From an uncultured Lachnospiraceae bacterium (GTDB lineage Bacteria; Bacillota; Clostridia; Lachnospirales; Lachnospiraceae): a stretch of 64,000 nucleotides of DNA. The translations under genes and the position numbers were made by a program. The stretch is from the NCBI GenBank assembly GCA_947627245.1, contig CANQVH010000010.1:7672-71671 (forward strand), written 5' to 3'. The notes beneath the pieces are model-generated. The model saw only the letters and a program-made list of their open reading frames with translations. It had not been told where the DNA came from and did no database searches. Of the stretch, positions 27,926 through 37,843 are shown one piece after another (position 1 is the first letter of the stretch; each line of letters begins with the position of its first letter).

Positions 27926-29620
27926 TTGAAAAAGAGACAGACGAATCAAAACATCAGTGAGAAGGTATGTGAAAAAGTAAAGATCATTCCGATCGGAGGA
28001 CTGGGATTGATCGGTATGAATATGACGGCGTTTGAGTACAAGGACAGCATTATCGTGGTGGACTGCGGGCTTGCGTTCCCGGAGAACGATATGCTGGGGA
28101 TCGACCTTGTGATCCCAGATGTCACGTACCTGAAGGAAAACATCGATAAGGTAAAGGGCATTGTGTTCACGCACGGCCATGAGGATCACATCGGCGCGCT
28201 GCCATATGTGCTCAAGGAGCTGAGCGCGCCTTTGTACGCGACAAAGCTGACGATGGGCCTGATCGAGCGCAAGCTCACGGAGCACAATCTGATGCGCGCG
28301 TCGAAGCGCAAGATCGTAAAGCCGGGGCAGTCGATCAACCTCGGCGAGTTCCGGATCGAATTTATCAAGACGAATCACAGCATCGCGGACGCGGTGGCGT
28401 TGGCAATCTATTCACCGGCCGGGATCATCGTACACACCGGGGATTTCAAGGTGGATTATACGCCGGTGTTCGGCGACGCGATTGACCTGCAGCGCTTTGC
28501 GGAGCTTGGAAAGAAGGGCGTGCTGGCCTTGATGTGCGACAGCACGAATGCCGAGCGGCCGGGCTTTACGGCCTCGGAGCGAACGGTGGGAAGGACTTTT
28601 GACAACCTGTTTGCGGAGCATCGCAGCCACAGGATCATCATTGCTACCTTCGCCTCGAATGTGGACCGTGTGCAGCAGATTATCAATTCCGCGTACAAGT
28701 ACGGGCGCAAGGTCGTGGTGGAAGGCCGCAGCATGGTGAATATCATTCAGATCGCCTCGGAGCTTGGCTATCTCGATATCCCGCAGAACACGCTGATCGA
28801 TCTGGAGCAGATGAAGAATTACCCGGACGATCAGATGGTGCTGATCACGACTGGAAGTCAGGGCGAGTCGATGGCCGCGCTCTCAAGGATGGCGGCGGAC
28901 ATGCACAAAAAGGTCAGCATCAAGCCGGGCGACACCGTGATCTTCAGCTCGAATCCGATCCCGGGCAATGAGAAGGCCGTATCAAACGTGATCAATGAGC
29001 TTTCGATGAAGGGCGCAAACGTCATTTTTCAGAACGCGCATACGTCCGGACATGCCTGTCAGGAGGAGATCAAGCTGATCTATTCTCTGGTGAAGCCAAA
29101 GTATTCGATCCCGGTACACGGCGAGTACCGCCATATGAAGGCGCAGGCGGAACTGGCCGAAGGGCTTGGCATCGACAAGGATCATATTTTCCTTTTGAAG
29201 ACCGGGGATGTGCTGGAGATTGGAGAGGACAGCGCGAAGATCTGCGATCATGTGCAGACCGGGGCGATCCTTGTGGACGGACTCGGCGTCGGAGACGTAG
29301 GCAATATTGTGCTGCGCGACCGCCAGCATCTGGCGGAGGACGGGATCGTGATCGCGGTGCTGACGCTGGAGCACGGCAGCGGCCAGATTCTCGCCGGGCC
29401 GGATATCGTGTCGAGGGGCTTTGTGTATGTGCGCGAGGCCGAAGAGCTGATGGAGGAGGCGCGCAGCGTGGTCGAAGACGCGATGGACGCCTGCTATTCC
29501 CATCATGTGACAGACTGGGCGAAGATCAAGAACATGATTCGGGATTCGCTGAGCGATTTCCTGTGGAAGCGGACGAAGCGCCGCCCGATGATCCTGCCGA
29601 TCATCATGGAAGTGGAGTGA
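27926..29620 (+). CDS. rnj: Ribonuclease J
   Basis: THGHEDHIG, HTGDFK, FASNVDR, TGSQGE, HTSGHA, PVHGEYRH. Confidence 0.95.
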   Translation: MKKRQTNQNISEKVCEKVKIIPIGGLGLIGMNMTAFEYKDSIIVVDCGLAFPENDMLGIDLVIPDVTYLKENIDKVKGIVFTHGHEDHIGALPYVLKELSAPLYATKLTMGLIERKLTEHNLMRASKRKIVKPGQSINLGEFRIEFIKTNHSIADAVALAIYSPAGIIVHTGDFKVDYTPVFGDAIDLQRFAELGKKGVLALMCDSTNAERPGFTASERTVGRTFDNLFAEHRSHRIIIATFASNVDRVQQIINSAYKYGRKVVVEGRSMVNIIQIASELGYLDIPQNTLIDLEQMKNYPDDQMVLITTGSQGESMAALSRMAADMHKKVSIKPGDTVIFSSNPIPGNEKAVSNVINELSMKGANVIFQNAHTSGHACQEEIKLIYSLVKPKYSIPVHGEYRHMKAQAELAEGLGIDKDHIFLLKTGDVLEIGEDSAKICDHVQTGAILVDGLGVGDVGNIVLRDRQHLAEDGIVIAVLTLEHGSGQILAGPDIVSRGFVYVREAEELMEEARSVVEDAMDACYSHHVTDWAKIKNMIRDSLSDFLWKRTKRRPMILPIIMEVE

Positions 29621-29625
29621 AGGAT

Positions 29626-29982
29626 ATGAACAAAATGGAGAAATGTACCGAGGATCTGATTCAGTGTATTATCGAGAGCGACGAGTACCGGCAGTTCTGC
29701 GCGCTGCGGGACAGGGTTCGGGAGGAGCCGGAGCTGCGGCAGCAGATCAACGATTTTCGGCTTCATGTGTTTGAAACGCAGAATTCGCAGGAGCCGCTCG
29801 ATATGTACGGGGAGCAGGAGCGCTTGTGCCGCGATTATGAAGAGTTTCGGAAAAATCCGCTCGTGAATGGATTTCTACTTGCGGAGCTTCGGGTGTGCCG
29901 GATGGTGCAGAAGATCACGAGCGCGATCGTGGGATCGGTGGATATCGATTCCGACGATGTGGTGGAGAGAATTCGGATATAG
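29626..29982 (+). CDS. YlbF/RicAF-family regulator
   Basis: Helical protein, S.EY..., NPLV..FL.AE motif. Confidence 0.75.
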   Translation: MNKMEKCTEDLIQCIIESDEYRQFCALRDRVREEPELRQQINDFRLHVFETQNSQEPLDMYGEQERLCRDYEEFRKNPLVNGFLLAELRVCRMVQKITSAIVGSVDIDSDDVVERIRI

Positions 29983-30070
29983 ACGGTAAAATGGGCGGCG
30001 ACGCGGTGGAGAGGATCAGGATACAGACGGTAAAGAGGGCGGCGACGCGGCGGAGAGGATCAGGATATAG
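29957..30070. repeat. Tandem repeat of about 2.6 x 44 bp derived from a gene 3' end
   Basis: Units start at 29957, 30001, 30045 (A.G.GG.GGAGAG.AT..GGATA.AGA). Confidence 0.85.
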
Positions 30071-30736
30071 ATGATAATTGACGAACGGATGACGGTCTAC
30101 ATCAATTCTCTGGATACCGGAAACGGCGCGTTTCTGGACGATCTGGCGGAAAAAGCGGCGTCGCGGGAGATCCCGATCATCCGACAGGACATGCAGAGCT
30201 TTCTGAAGGTGCTTCTCGCGATTCAGAAACCGAAGCGGATTCTGGAGGTGGGGACGGCCGTCGGTTTTTCCGCGCTTCTGATGGCGCAGAACACCGCGCC
30301 GGACTGTCATATCACGACGATCGAGAAATATGAGAAACGGATCCCGCAGGCGAGAGCGAATTTTGCGGCTGCGGGTATGGAAGAGAAGATCACGCTTCTG
30401 GAGGGTGACGCGTGCGAGGTGCTGCGCGCTCTTTCGGAGCCTTACGATCTGATTTTCATGGATGCCGCGAAGGGGCAGTATCTTCATTTTCTGCCGGATG
30501 TGCTGCGGCTACTGCGCACGGGCGGGATGCTTGTCTCGGACAATGTGCTGCAGGACGGGGACATCATCGAGTCGCACTACGCCGTCGAACGAAGGAACCG
30601 CACGATCTACAAGCGAATGCGGGAATATCTGTATGTGCTGAAGCACACGGACGGACTGCTGACCTCGATCGTCGCGGTCGGGGACGGAGCGGCGATAACG
30701 GTGAAGCAAAAGGAAAAAATTATTTTGGAGGAATGA
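30071..30736 (+). CDS. O-methyltransferase (TrmR/YrrM-like)
   Basis: ILEVGTAVGFS, FMDAAKGQY, DNVL; upstream of a U32 peptidase. Confidence 0.85.
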   Translation: MIIDERMTVYINSLDTGNGAFLDDLAEKAASREIPIIRQDMQSFLKVLLAIQKPKRILEVGTAVGFSALLMAQNTAPDCHITTIEKYEKRIPQARANFAAAGMEEKITLLEGDACEVLRALSEPYDLIFMDAAKGQYLHFLPDVLRLLRTGGMLVSDNVLQDGDIIESHYAVERRNRTIYKRMREYLYVLKHTDGLLTSIVAVGDGAAITVKQKEKIILEE

Positions 30737-31974
30737 TGAAGGGAACGGGAAGACATCCGGAGCTTTTGGTACCGGCGAGCAGTCTCGAAGTGCTCAAGAC
30801 CGCAGTGATCTTCGGTGCGGACGCCGTGTACATCGGCGGAGAAGAGTTTGGGCTGCGCGCCAAGGCGAAGAATTTTTCAATCGAGGAGATGGCGGAGGGG
30901 ATCGCGTTCGCGCACGAGCACGGGGTGAAGGTGCATGTAACGGTCAATATCCTCGCGCATAATTACGATCTCGAGGGCGTGAAGACGTACCTTCAGGAGC
31001 TTCGAAAGCTGCGCCCGGATGCGCTGATCATCGCGGATCCGGGAATTTTTATGCTTGCGAAACAGATCTGTCCGGAGATCGAACGTCACGTCAGCACGCA
31101 GGCGAACAACACAAATTATGAGACCTATCGCTTCTGGTGGGAGCTCGGGGCGAAGCGCGTCGTCTCGGCGAGGGAGCTTTCCCTGAAGGAGATTCGCGAG
31201 ATCCGTGACAAGATTCCGGCGGAGATGGAGATCGAGAGCTTTGTGCACGGGGCAATGTGCATTTCCTATTCGGGACGCTGCCTGCTGAGCAATTATTTTA
31301 CGGGCAGAGACGCGAATCAGGGCGCCTGCACGCATCCCTGCCGCTGGAAGTATGCGGTGGTCGAGGAGACGCGGCCGGGCGAATATCTGCCGATCGAAGA
31401 GAACGACCGCGGTACGTTCCTTTTTAATTCCAAGGATCTCTGCATGGTAGAGCATCTTCCTGACATGATCGACGCTGGGATTGACAGTCTCAAGGTAGAG
31501 GGGCGCATGAAGACGGCGCTGTATGTCGCGACAGTGGCGCGCACTTACCGAAAAGCGATCGACGATTTCCATAAGGATCCGGCGCTCTATGAGGAGAATA
31601 TGGATTGGTATCGGACGCAGATCGCGAGCTGTACGCACCGGGAGTTCACGACCGGCTTTTTCTACGGCAAACCCGGCGCGGACGCGCAGATATACGGGGA
31701 AAGCACATACGTCAAAGAGTACACTTACCTCGGCATGATCGGCGTGCAGCGCGGCGACGGTTTGTACGCATTGGAGCAGCGCAACAAATTTTGTGTCGGC
31801 GAGGAGATTGAGATCATGAAGCCGGACGGCCGGAACGTCCTCGTCCGGGTCGCAGGTATCTTTGACGAAGACGGAAATCCGCAGGACAGCGCCCCGCACG
31901 CGAAGCAGAAGCTGTGGGTCGACCTCGGCGGTCTCGCGGACGAGTATGATATTTTGCGCCGCGAAGAGCAGTGA
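30733..31974 (+). CDS. U32 family peptidase (TrhP-like tRNA hydroxylation protein)
   Basis: PELLVPA, GADAVYIGG, HGAMCISYSGRC.LS, C.HPCRW, LKVEGRMK. Confidence 0.9.
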   Translation: MMKGTGRHPELLVPASSLEVLKTAVIFGADAVYIGGEEFGLRAKAKNFSIEEMAEGIAFAHEHGVKVHVTVNILAHNYDLEGVKTYLQELRKLRPDALIIADPGIFMLAKQICPEIERHVSTQANNTNYETYRFWWELGAKRVVSARELSLKEIREIRDKIPAEMEIESFVHGAMCISYSGRCLLSNYFTGRDANQGACTHPCRWKYAVVEETRPGEYLPIEENDRGTFLFNSKDLCMVEHLPDMIDAGIDSLKVEGRMKTALYVATVARTYRKAIDDFHKDPALYEENMDWYRTQIASCTHREFTTGFFYGKPGADAQIYGESTYVKEYTYLGMIGVQRGDGLYALEQRNKFCVGEEIEIMKPDGRNVLVRVAGIFDEDGNPQDSAPHAKQKLWVDLGGLADEYDILRREEQ

Positions 31975-31994
31975 GAAGTGTATTTTTTTTGTAC

Positions 31995-32038
31995 AGCGGA
32001 CGAAAGTCCTTGCAAAGCGGACAAAACAGGACTATAAT
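31995..32038 (+). promoter_or_regulatory. liv operon sigma-A promoter with two direct repeats spaced 21 bp apart
   Basis: TTGCAA 32010-17 bp-TATAAT 32033; AGCGGAC(G/A)AAA at 31995 and 32016. Confidence 0.6.
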
Positions 32039-32121
32039 AAAGGCTGTGTTGGGCGCTTTGTTGCTCTATCGCAGGAAAGTCGCCGAATAATACAGAAAAG
32101 AAACATAGGAGGGAAAAGATT

Positions 32122-33282
32122 ATGAAAAAATTAGCAGCACTTGCACTGTGTGCGACCATGTGCTTCGCAGGGGCGATGAGCGTTTCCGCGGAAGATGTCG
32201 TAAAGATCGGTGTGTTTGAGCCGGCGTCCGGCGACAACGGCGCAGGCGGCAAGCAGGAGACGCTTGGCATTCAGTACGCAAACAGCGTAGCTCCGACGGT
32301 TGAGATCGATGGCACGGAGTACACGGTTCAGCTTGAGATCGTTGATAACGAGTCCTCAGCGGAGAAGGCTCCGTCGGCGGCGGCGGATCTGGTAAGCCGC
32401 GGCGTATCCGTAGTGCTCGGTACATATGGTTCGGGCGCGGCGATCGCAGCTTCCGATACATTTGGACAGGCAGGCGTTCCGGCAATCGGCGTTACCTGCA
32501 CGAACCCGCAGGTGACCGAGGGCAATACGCATTACTTCCGCATCTGCTTCTTGGATCCGTTCCAAGGCACGGTTCTTGCAAACTTTGCATCTGAGAAGTT
32601 CGAGGCGAAGAAGGCATACGTTCTGACGAAGCTCGGCGACGACTATTCCGCGGGCCTCGGCCACTACTTCACGGAGGCGTTTGAGGGCCTTGGCGGAGAG
32701 GTAGTTTCCGATACGTTCCCGGAGGGCAACGCAGACTTTACATCCTACATCACGACCGCTGTAAACGAGGGCGTGGATGTTATCTTTGCTCCGACCTCTA
32801 CCGAGGCGGCCCAGTTGATCATCGACACGGCTGCATCTCAGGGCGTGACGGTTCCGCTTCTTGCCGGCGACACATGGGATTCCAACGTCATCCTGAACGC
32901 GGCGGAAGGCAAAGACGTACAGATCTATGTGACGACCTTCTATCAGGAGGGCGGCAACGAAGAGTTTGATACCGGCATCAAGGAGTGGATCAATGCGGAC
33001 AGCACGAACCTTGCAAACAACGGCGGCGACGATACGGTAGCAGCGGTTACGGCAATGGGTTACGATGCATACTTCACGGCTCTCGAGGCTCTGAAGAACG
33101 CAGGCTCTACCGATCCGGCAGCAGTCAACGAGGCACTCTGGGATACGACCTACACGGGCGTTACCGGCGAGATCGCTTTCGAGTCTGAGAACGGCGACGC
33201 GATGCGTGATACCGCATACGTAAAGCAGGCGAACACCGAGACGGGCGCTTGGGATTTCGTAGCGGAGCAGGGCGTCAACTAA
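32122..33282 (+). CDS. livJ: Branched-chain amino-acid ABC transporter substrate-binding protein
   Basis: Signal peptide; FRICFLDPFQG, GVTG.I.F; operon context. Confidence 0.85.
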   Translation: MKKLAALALCATMCFAGAMSVSAEDVVKIGVFEPASGDNGAGGKQETLGIQYANSVAPTVEIDGTEYTVQLEIVDNESSAEKAPSAAADLVSRGVSVVLGTYGSGAAIAASDTFGQAGVPAIGVTCTNPQVTEGNTHYFRICFLDPFQGTVLANFASEKFEAKKAYVLTKLGDDYSAGLGHYFTEAFEGLGGEVVSDTFPEGNADFTSYITTAVNEGVDVIFAPTSTEAAQLIIDTAASQGVTVPLLAGDTWDSNVILNAAEGKDVQIYVTTFYQEGGNEEFDTGIKEWINADSTNLANNGGDDTVAAVTAMGYDAYFTALEALKNAGSTDPAAVNEALWDTTYTGVTGEIAFESENGDAMRDTAYVKQANTETGAWDFVAEQGVN

Positions 33283-33304
33283 AAAGTAATAAAAAGCAGA
33301 GCAG

Positions 33305-33330
33305 GAGAGGCTGCGGTTTCGCAGCCTCTC
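33305..33330. other. Stable intergenic hairpin after the SBP gene
   Basis: GAGAGGCTGCG-GTTT-CGCAGCCTCTC. Confidence 0.7.
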
Positions 33331-33355
33331 TCGTATTATAGAGAGGAGTTCCAGC

Positions 33356-34240
33356 ATGGATTTTATTACGAAAAATCTGCCGTATCTTCTGGCAGGGATT
33401 TCCGTCGGCGGACAGTATGCCCTGATCGCGATCGGTTACACGATGGTATACGGAATCCTGAGACTGATCAACTTCGCGCACGGCGATATCTTCATGGTGG
33501 CGGCGCTCGTGACGGTCTACGCGACGACGTCTTTTCCGCTGTACGTATCGATCCCGCTGACGCTTGTCGTCACGGTTGTGCTCGGGTTGGCGGTGGAGCG
33601 TGTCGCATACAAACCGCTGCGCAGCGCTCCGCGTATGTCGGTCATGATTTCCGCGATCGGCGTGTCCTACCTGCTGCAGAATCTGGCGCTGTATGTCACG
33701 GGCGGTCTGGCGCAGACGTATCCGGCGATTCCGTTTATCTCCGACACGATCCAGATCGGACCGGCCACCACGAAGATGGTGACGATTGTGACGCCGATCC
33801 TGACGATTGTTCTTGTGTTTGCGCTGATGCAGCTCATCAACCACACGAAGATCGGCATGGGCATGCGCGCGGCGGCGAACGATTTCGAGACGAGCCGCCT
33901 GATGGGGATCAAGGTCGACAATGTCATCAGCATGACGTTCCTGATCGGTTCGTTCCTTGCGGCGGTCGGCTCATTGCTTTATTTCACCAACTACGCGTCC
34001 GTGGTGCCGACTTCCGGCGCGATGCCCGGTCTGAAGGCATTCGTCGCGGCGGTGTTCGGCGGCATCGGCTCGATTCCGGGTGCGGTCATCGGCGCGTTTA
34101 TCATCGGTATCTGTGAAAACATCATCAAGGGTCTCGGATGGACGACGTTTTCCGACGCGTTCACATTTGCGCTCTTGATCGTCATTCTGATCGTCAAGCC
34201 GACCGGTCTGTTCGGCGAAGGCGCGACGGATAAGGTCTGA
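33356..34240 (+). CDS. livH: BCAA ABC permease LivH
   Basis: YALIAIGYTMVYGILRLINFAHG, KAFVAAVFGGIGSIPG. Confidence 0.92.
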   Translation: MDFITKNLPYLLAGISVGGQYALIAIGYTMVYGILRLINFAHGDIFMVAALVTVYATTSFPLYVSIPLTLVVTVVLGLAVERVAYKPLRSAPRMSVMISAIGVSYLLQNLALYVTGGLAQTYPAIPFISDTIQIGPATTKMVTIVTPILTIVLVFALMQLINHTKIGMGMRAAANDFETSRLMGIKVDNVISMTFLIGSFLAAVGSLLYFTNYASVVPTSGAMPGLKAFVAAVFGGIGSIPGAVIGAFIIGICENIIKGLGWTTFSDAFTFALLIVILIVKPTGLFGEGATDKV

Positions 34241-34256
34241 GGGGAGGCGGCGAACT

Positions 34257-35321
34257 ATGAAAAAGAGAAATGTAATCATCTGTGCGCTGCTTTACTTGGC
34301 GGCGATCCTCGCGATCGTGGTGCTGGAGCGGATCCTTCCGCCGACGCACATCGCGCTTGCGGTTCTGAAGAAGGGCTGTATCTATTCTCTGGTGGCTGTC
34401 TCGATGAACCTGCTGAACGGATTTACGGGACTGTTCTCTCTGGGACAGGCAGGCTTCATGCTGATCGGCGCTTACACCTACGCGGTGCTGACGATTCCGG
34501 TCGCGGAGCGCGATTCGGTGTATATGTATTTTGACGGAGGTATCATTCAGTTCTCCGTTCCGGTCTTCGTGGGGCTTCTGGCGGCCGGACTTTTGGCGGC
34601 TGCGCTCGCGTGGCTGATCGGTCTTCCGGTGCTGCGCTTAAAGAGCGACTATCTGGCGATCGCGACGCTCGGCTTCGCCGAGATCATCCGCGCGTTCTTC
34701 CAGTGGGACAAGCTCGGTGTGCTCACGAACGGCTCAAACATGCTGCGCAAATATCCGACGTTTACGACGACGCTGTTTCCGTTCCTCGTGTGCTCGGCCT
34801 GTATCGCGGTCATTGTGCTGCTGATCCACTCGTCCTACGGGCGCGCGTTCCGCGCGATCCGCGATGACGAGATTGCAGCCGAGGCGATGGGCATCAATCT
34901 GGCGAAGCACAAGAGACTTTCGTTCTGTATTTCCTCGTTCTTTGCGGGCGTGGGCGGCGGACTTCTGGCGATGTACCAGACGTCGATTCAGGCGATGACG
35001 TTCAAATCGGCGATGACCTATGAGATCCTGCTGATCGTCGTGATCGGCGGTCTCGGTTCCGTGACCGGCAGTTGTATCGCGTCATTTCTGTTCATCGCTT
35101 CCTCCGAGTGGTGGTTGCGTTTCTTGGACAGCGAGATGACGATCGGGAATTTCAAGGTGCCGCTTCTGCGCGCCGGTTTCCGTAAGGTCGTATTTTCCGT
35201 CATCATCATGGTGATCGTACTGTTTGCCCGCAAGGGAATCATGGGAGATCACGAGTTTTCCATTGACGGGATCTGCAGGTTCTTTAAAAGATCAGGAAAA
35301 AAGAAGGAGGTTGAGTCATGA
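34257..35321 (+). CDS. livM: BCAA ABC permease LivM
   Basis: LRLKSDYLAIATLGFAEI, AIRDDEIAAEAMGI. Confidence 0.92.
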   Translation: MKKRNVIICALLYLAAILAIVVLERILPPTHIALAVLKKGCIYSLVAVSMNLLNGFTGLFSLGQAGFMLIGAYTYAVLTIPVAERDSVYMYFDGGIIQFSVPVFVGLLAAGLLAAALAWLIGLPVLRLKSDYLAIATLGFAEIIRAFFQWDKLGVLTNGSNMLRKYPTFTTTLFPFLVCSACIAVIVLLIHSSYGRAFRAIRDDEIAAEAMGINLAKHKRLSFCISSFFAGVGGGLLAMYQTSIQAMTFKSAMTYEILLIVVIGGLGSVTGSCIASFLFIASSEWWLRFLDSEMTIGNFKVPLLRAGFRKVVFSVIIMVIVLFARKGIMGDHEFSIDGICRFFKRSGKKKEVES

Positions 35322-36160
35322 GTACGAATGTCCTCCGAGTAGAAGACGTCACGATGCAGTTCGGCGGCGTAGTGGCGGTAGATAACCTTTCCCTCGAGGT
35401 GAACGAGGGTGAGATCGTGGCGTTGATCGGGCCGAACGGTGCCGGGAAGACGACCGCGTTCAACTGCATCACCGGCGTGTATGAGCCGACAAACGGCAAG
35501 GTGTCTTTTTATGGCAAAGAGATCGTGGAGAGCTATCCGCACGGGAAGATGAAGAAGACCTATATCGGCGAGAACGGCGGGAGATACACGAAACGCATTG
35601 TGCCGACGCCGGATAAGATCACGAAAGAGGGGATCGCGCGCACGTTCCAGAATATCCGCCTGTTCTCCTCAATGACGGTGTTTGAGAATGTGCTGATCGC
35701 GAAGCATATGCGTGCGAAGCAGAATTTCCTGACCGCGACGTTCCGCCTGAATCATGCGGAGGAAAAGCGGATGCGTGAGGAGACGCTGGAGCTTCTGAAA
35801 ATGCAGCATCTCGACCATCTGAAGGACGAGATCGCGGGTTCTCTGCCGTACGGTATCCAGCGCCGTCTCGAGATTGCGCGTGCGCTGGCGACGAATCCGA
35901 AGCTTCTGTTGCTCGACGAGCCGGCCGCGGGCATGAATCCGCAGGAGACGCTGGAGCTGGCGGAGTTTATCCGGCAGATCCGCGATGAGTACAAGCTGAC
36001 GATCTTCATTATCGAGCACCACATGGATCTCGTCATGCAGATCTCGGACCGCCTGTATGTGCTGGATTTCGGCAAGCTGCTCGCGCAGGGTACGCCGGAG
36101 GAGATCCAGAACGATCAGCGCGTCATAGACGCTTATCTGGGGGTGAGTGAGGATGCTTAA
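35318..36160 (+). CDS. livG: BCAA ABC ATPase LivG
   Basis: GPNGAGKTT, RTFQNIRLF, LPYG.QRRLEIARALA. Confidence 0.92.
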   Translation: MSTNVLRVEDVTMQFGGVVAVDNLSLEVNEGEIVALIGPNGAGKTTAFNCITGVYEPTNGKVSFYGKEIVESYPHGKMKKTYIGENGGRYTKRIVPTPDKITKEGIARTFQNIRLFSSMTVFENVLIAKHMRAKQNFLTATFRLNHAEEKRMREETLELLKMQHLDHLKDEIAGSLPYGIQRRLEIARALATNPKLLLLDEPAAGMNPQETLELAEFIRQIRDEYKLTIFIIEHHMDLVMQISDRLYVLDFGKLLAQGTPEEIQNDQRVIDAYLGVSEDA

Positions 36161-36851
36161 AGTAAACGATCTGAAAGTCAACTACGGCGGCATCGAGGCC
36201 GTCAAGGGAATCAGCTTTGAGGTGCCGGAGAAGAGCATCGTCACGCTGATCGGAGCGAACGGCGCGGGCAAATCCACGACGCTGCGCTCGATCGTTTCAC
36301 TGGTGAAGCCTGCTTCCGGGACGATCGAATTTATGGGCGAAAATATCACTGGCAAGGACACGAACGAGATCGTGGCGAAGGGAATCACGCTCGTCCCGGA
36401 GGGACGCAAGATCTTCCCGGATCTGACCGTGCTTGAGAATCTGAAGATCGGTGCATACATGCGCAAGGACAACCTGACCGACGACCTGAACTGGGTCTAC
36501 GATCTGTTCCCGCGCCTGAAGGAGCGCCACTGGCAGCCGGGCGGCACGCTCTCCGGCGGTGAGCAGCAGATGCTCGCGGTCGCGCGCGCGCTAATGAGCC
36601 GGCCGAAGCTGATCATGATGGACGAGCCTTCGCTCGGACTCGCGCCTCTGATCGTGAAGGGGATCTTCGATATTATCAAGGAGATCAACAAGCAGGGTGT
36701 GACGATCCTGCTGATCGAGCAGAACGCGAACATGGCGCTGCGCACGGCGGATATCGGCTACGTCATGGAAACCGGAAATATCACGATGACCGGCAGCGGA
36801 GCGGAGCTTCTGGTGAACGAGCAGGTACGCGCGGCGTATCTTGGAAAATAA
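36153..36851 (+). CDS. livF: BCAA ABC ATPase LivF
   Basis: GANGAGKST, VPEGR.IF, LSGGEQQMLA, DEPSLGLAP. Confidence 0.92.
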   Translation: MLKVNDLKVNYGGIEAVKGISFEVPEKSIVTLIGANGAGKSTTLRSIVSLVKPASGTIEFMGENITGKDTNEIVAKGITLVPEGRKIFPDLTVLENLKIGAYMRKDNLTDDLNWVYDLFPRLKERHWQPGGTLSGGEQQMLAVARALMSRPKLIMMDEPSLGLAPLIVKGIFDIIKEINKQGVTILLIEQNANMALRTADIGYVMETGNITMTGSGAELLVNEQVRAAYLGK

Positions 36852-36873
36852 AGACAAGAATGGATTGCAAGGG

Positions 36874-36910
36874 AGACGCTTTCGGATGGTAAGTCCGAAG
36901 GCGTTTTTTT
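36874..36910 (+). terminator. Intrinsic terminator
   Basis: GACGCTTTCGGA...TCCGAAGGCGTT followed by a T-run. Confidence 0.85.
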
Positions 36911-37022
36911 GATGACTTGCTGTTAATTTTTGGAAATGGTCAGAAATACTTTTTGGAAAGACTATAAAGAAAATAAAAGTTGCATTTTATTTAAAGATGA
37001 TATAAAATAAAGAAAAAAGCCC

Positions 37023-37051
37023 TTGACAATATGTTTGATAAGACATATAAT
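37023..37051 (+). promoter_or_regulatory. TA operon promoter with a palindromic operator in the spacer
   Basis: TTGACA-17 bp-TATAAT; ATATGT...ACATAT palindrome. Confidence 0.75.
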
Positions 37052-37070
37052 CAAGGCAAGAAAGGAAAAA

Positions 37071-37427
37071 GTGGATAAGTATACTATTAAATTCTATACG
37101 AAAGAGAACCATGCGGAGCCTGCGAAAGATTTCATCCTGACATTGGATGCGAAGATGAAAGCAAAGTTACTCCGCATTTTTGATATACTGGAAGAATACG
37201 GTCCAAGCGTAAGATTTCCGTATTCAGAGCATCTGGATGACGGTATCTTTGAGATTCGTGCGAAGTATGGATCAGACATTGTTCGGGTGTTATATTTTTT
37301 CTCATCCGGGAAAGAGATAATACTAACGAACGGTTTTGCAAAGAAGCAGCAAAAGACGCCGCGCCGGGAGATTTTGCTGGCGAAGAAGTATCGAAAGGAT
37401 TATGAGAGGAGGAAGACAGATGAGTGA
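37071..37427 (+). CDS. Type II TA toxin, RelE/ParE (HigB / phage Gp49-like)
   Basis: PYSEHL.DGIFEIR, RVLYFF, LTNGF.KK.QKTP..EI.LA. Confidence 0.85.
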   Translation: MDKYTIKFYTKENHAEPAKDFILTLDAKMKAKLLRIFDILEEYGPSVRFPYSEHLDDGIFEIRAKYGSDIVRVLYFFSSGKEIILTNGFAKKQQKTPRREILLAKKYRKDYERRKTDE

Positions 37428-37707
37428 TTTCAGAGAATTCAGACAGGAGCTGCTGAACGATCCCGAGGTGCGTCGAGAGTACGATGCGCTTGAGCCCGAG
37501 TTTGATATTATCCGGGCGATGATCCAAGCGAGAAAGCAGCAGAATATGACACAGGAGGAGCTGTCCAGAAGGACGGGGATTACACAGGCGGACATCAGCC
37601 GGATCGAGAACGGTACACGGAACCCCAGCCTGAATATGTTGAAGCGGCTGGCGGAGGGACTCGGAATGCGTCTGAAGGTAGAATTTCTGCCGAAGACACA
37701 GAGATGA
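37420..37707 (+). CDS. XRE-family HTH antitoxin (HigA-like)
   Basis: MTQEELSRRTGITQADISRIENG.RNPSL; overlaps the toxin stop. Confidence 0.85.
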   Translation: MSDFREFRQELLNDPEVRREYDALEPEFDIIRAMIQARKQQNMTQEELSRRTGITQADISRIENGTRNPSLNMLKRLAEGLGMRLKVEFLPKTQR

Positions 37708-37786
37708 TGAGCGGCGATGACAGGATGGAAGAACTTCCCACTGCTGACTGCAGGTATCATCTTGAAAAATAGTTTTGTTGGAATAG

Positions 37787-37824
37787 AAGCGTCTCTGAAT
37801 GAATTGTTCAGGGACGCTTTTTTT
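37787..37824 (+). terminator. Intrinsic terminator
   Basis: AAGCGTCTCTGAA...TTCAGGGACGCTT followed by a T-run. Confidence 0.75.
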
Positions 37825-37843
37825 CTGTTGTCTGATACTTTTT

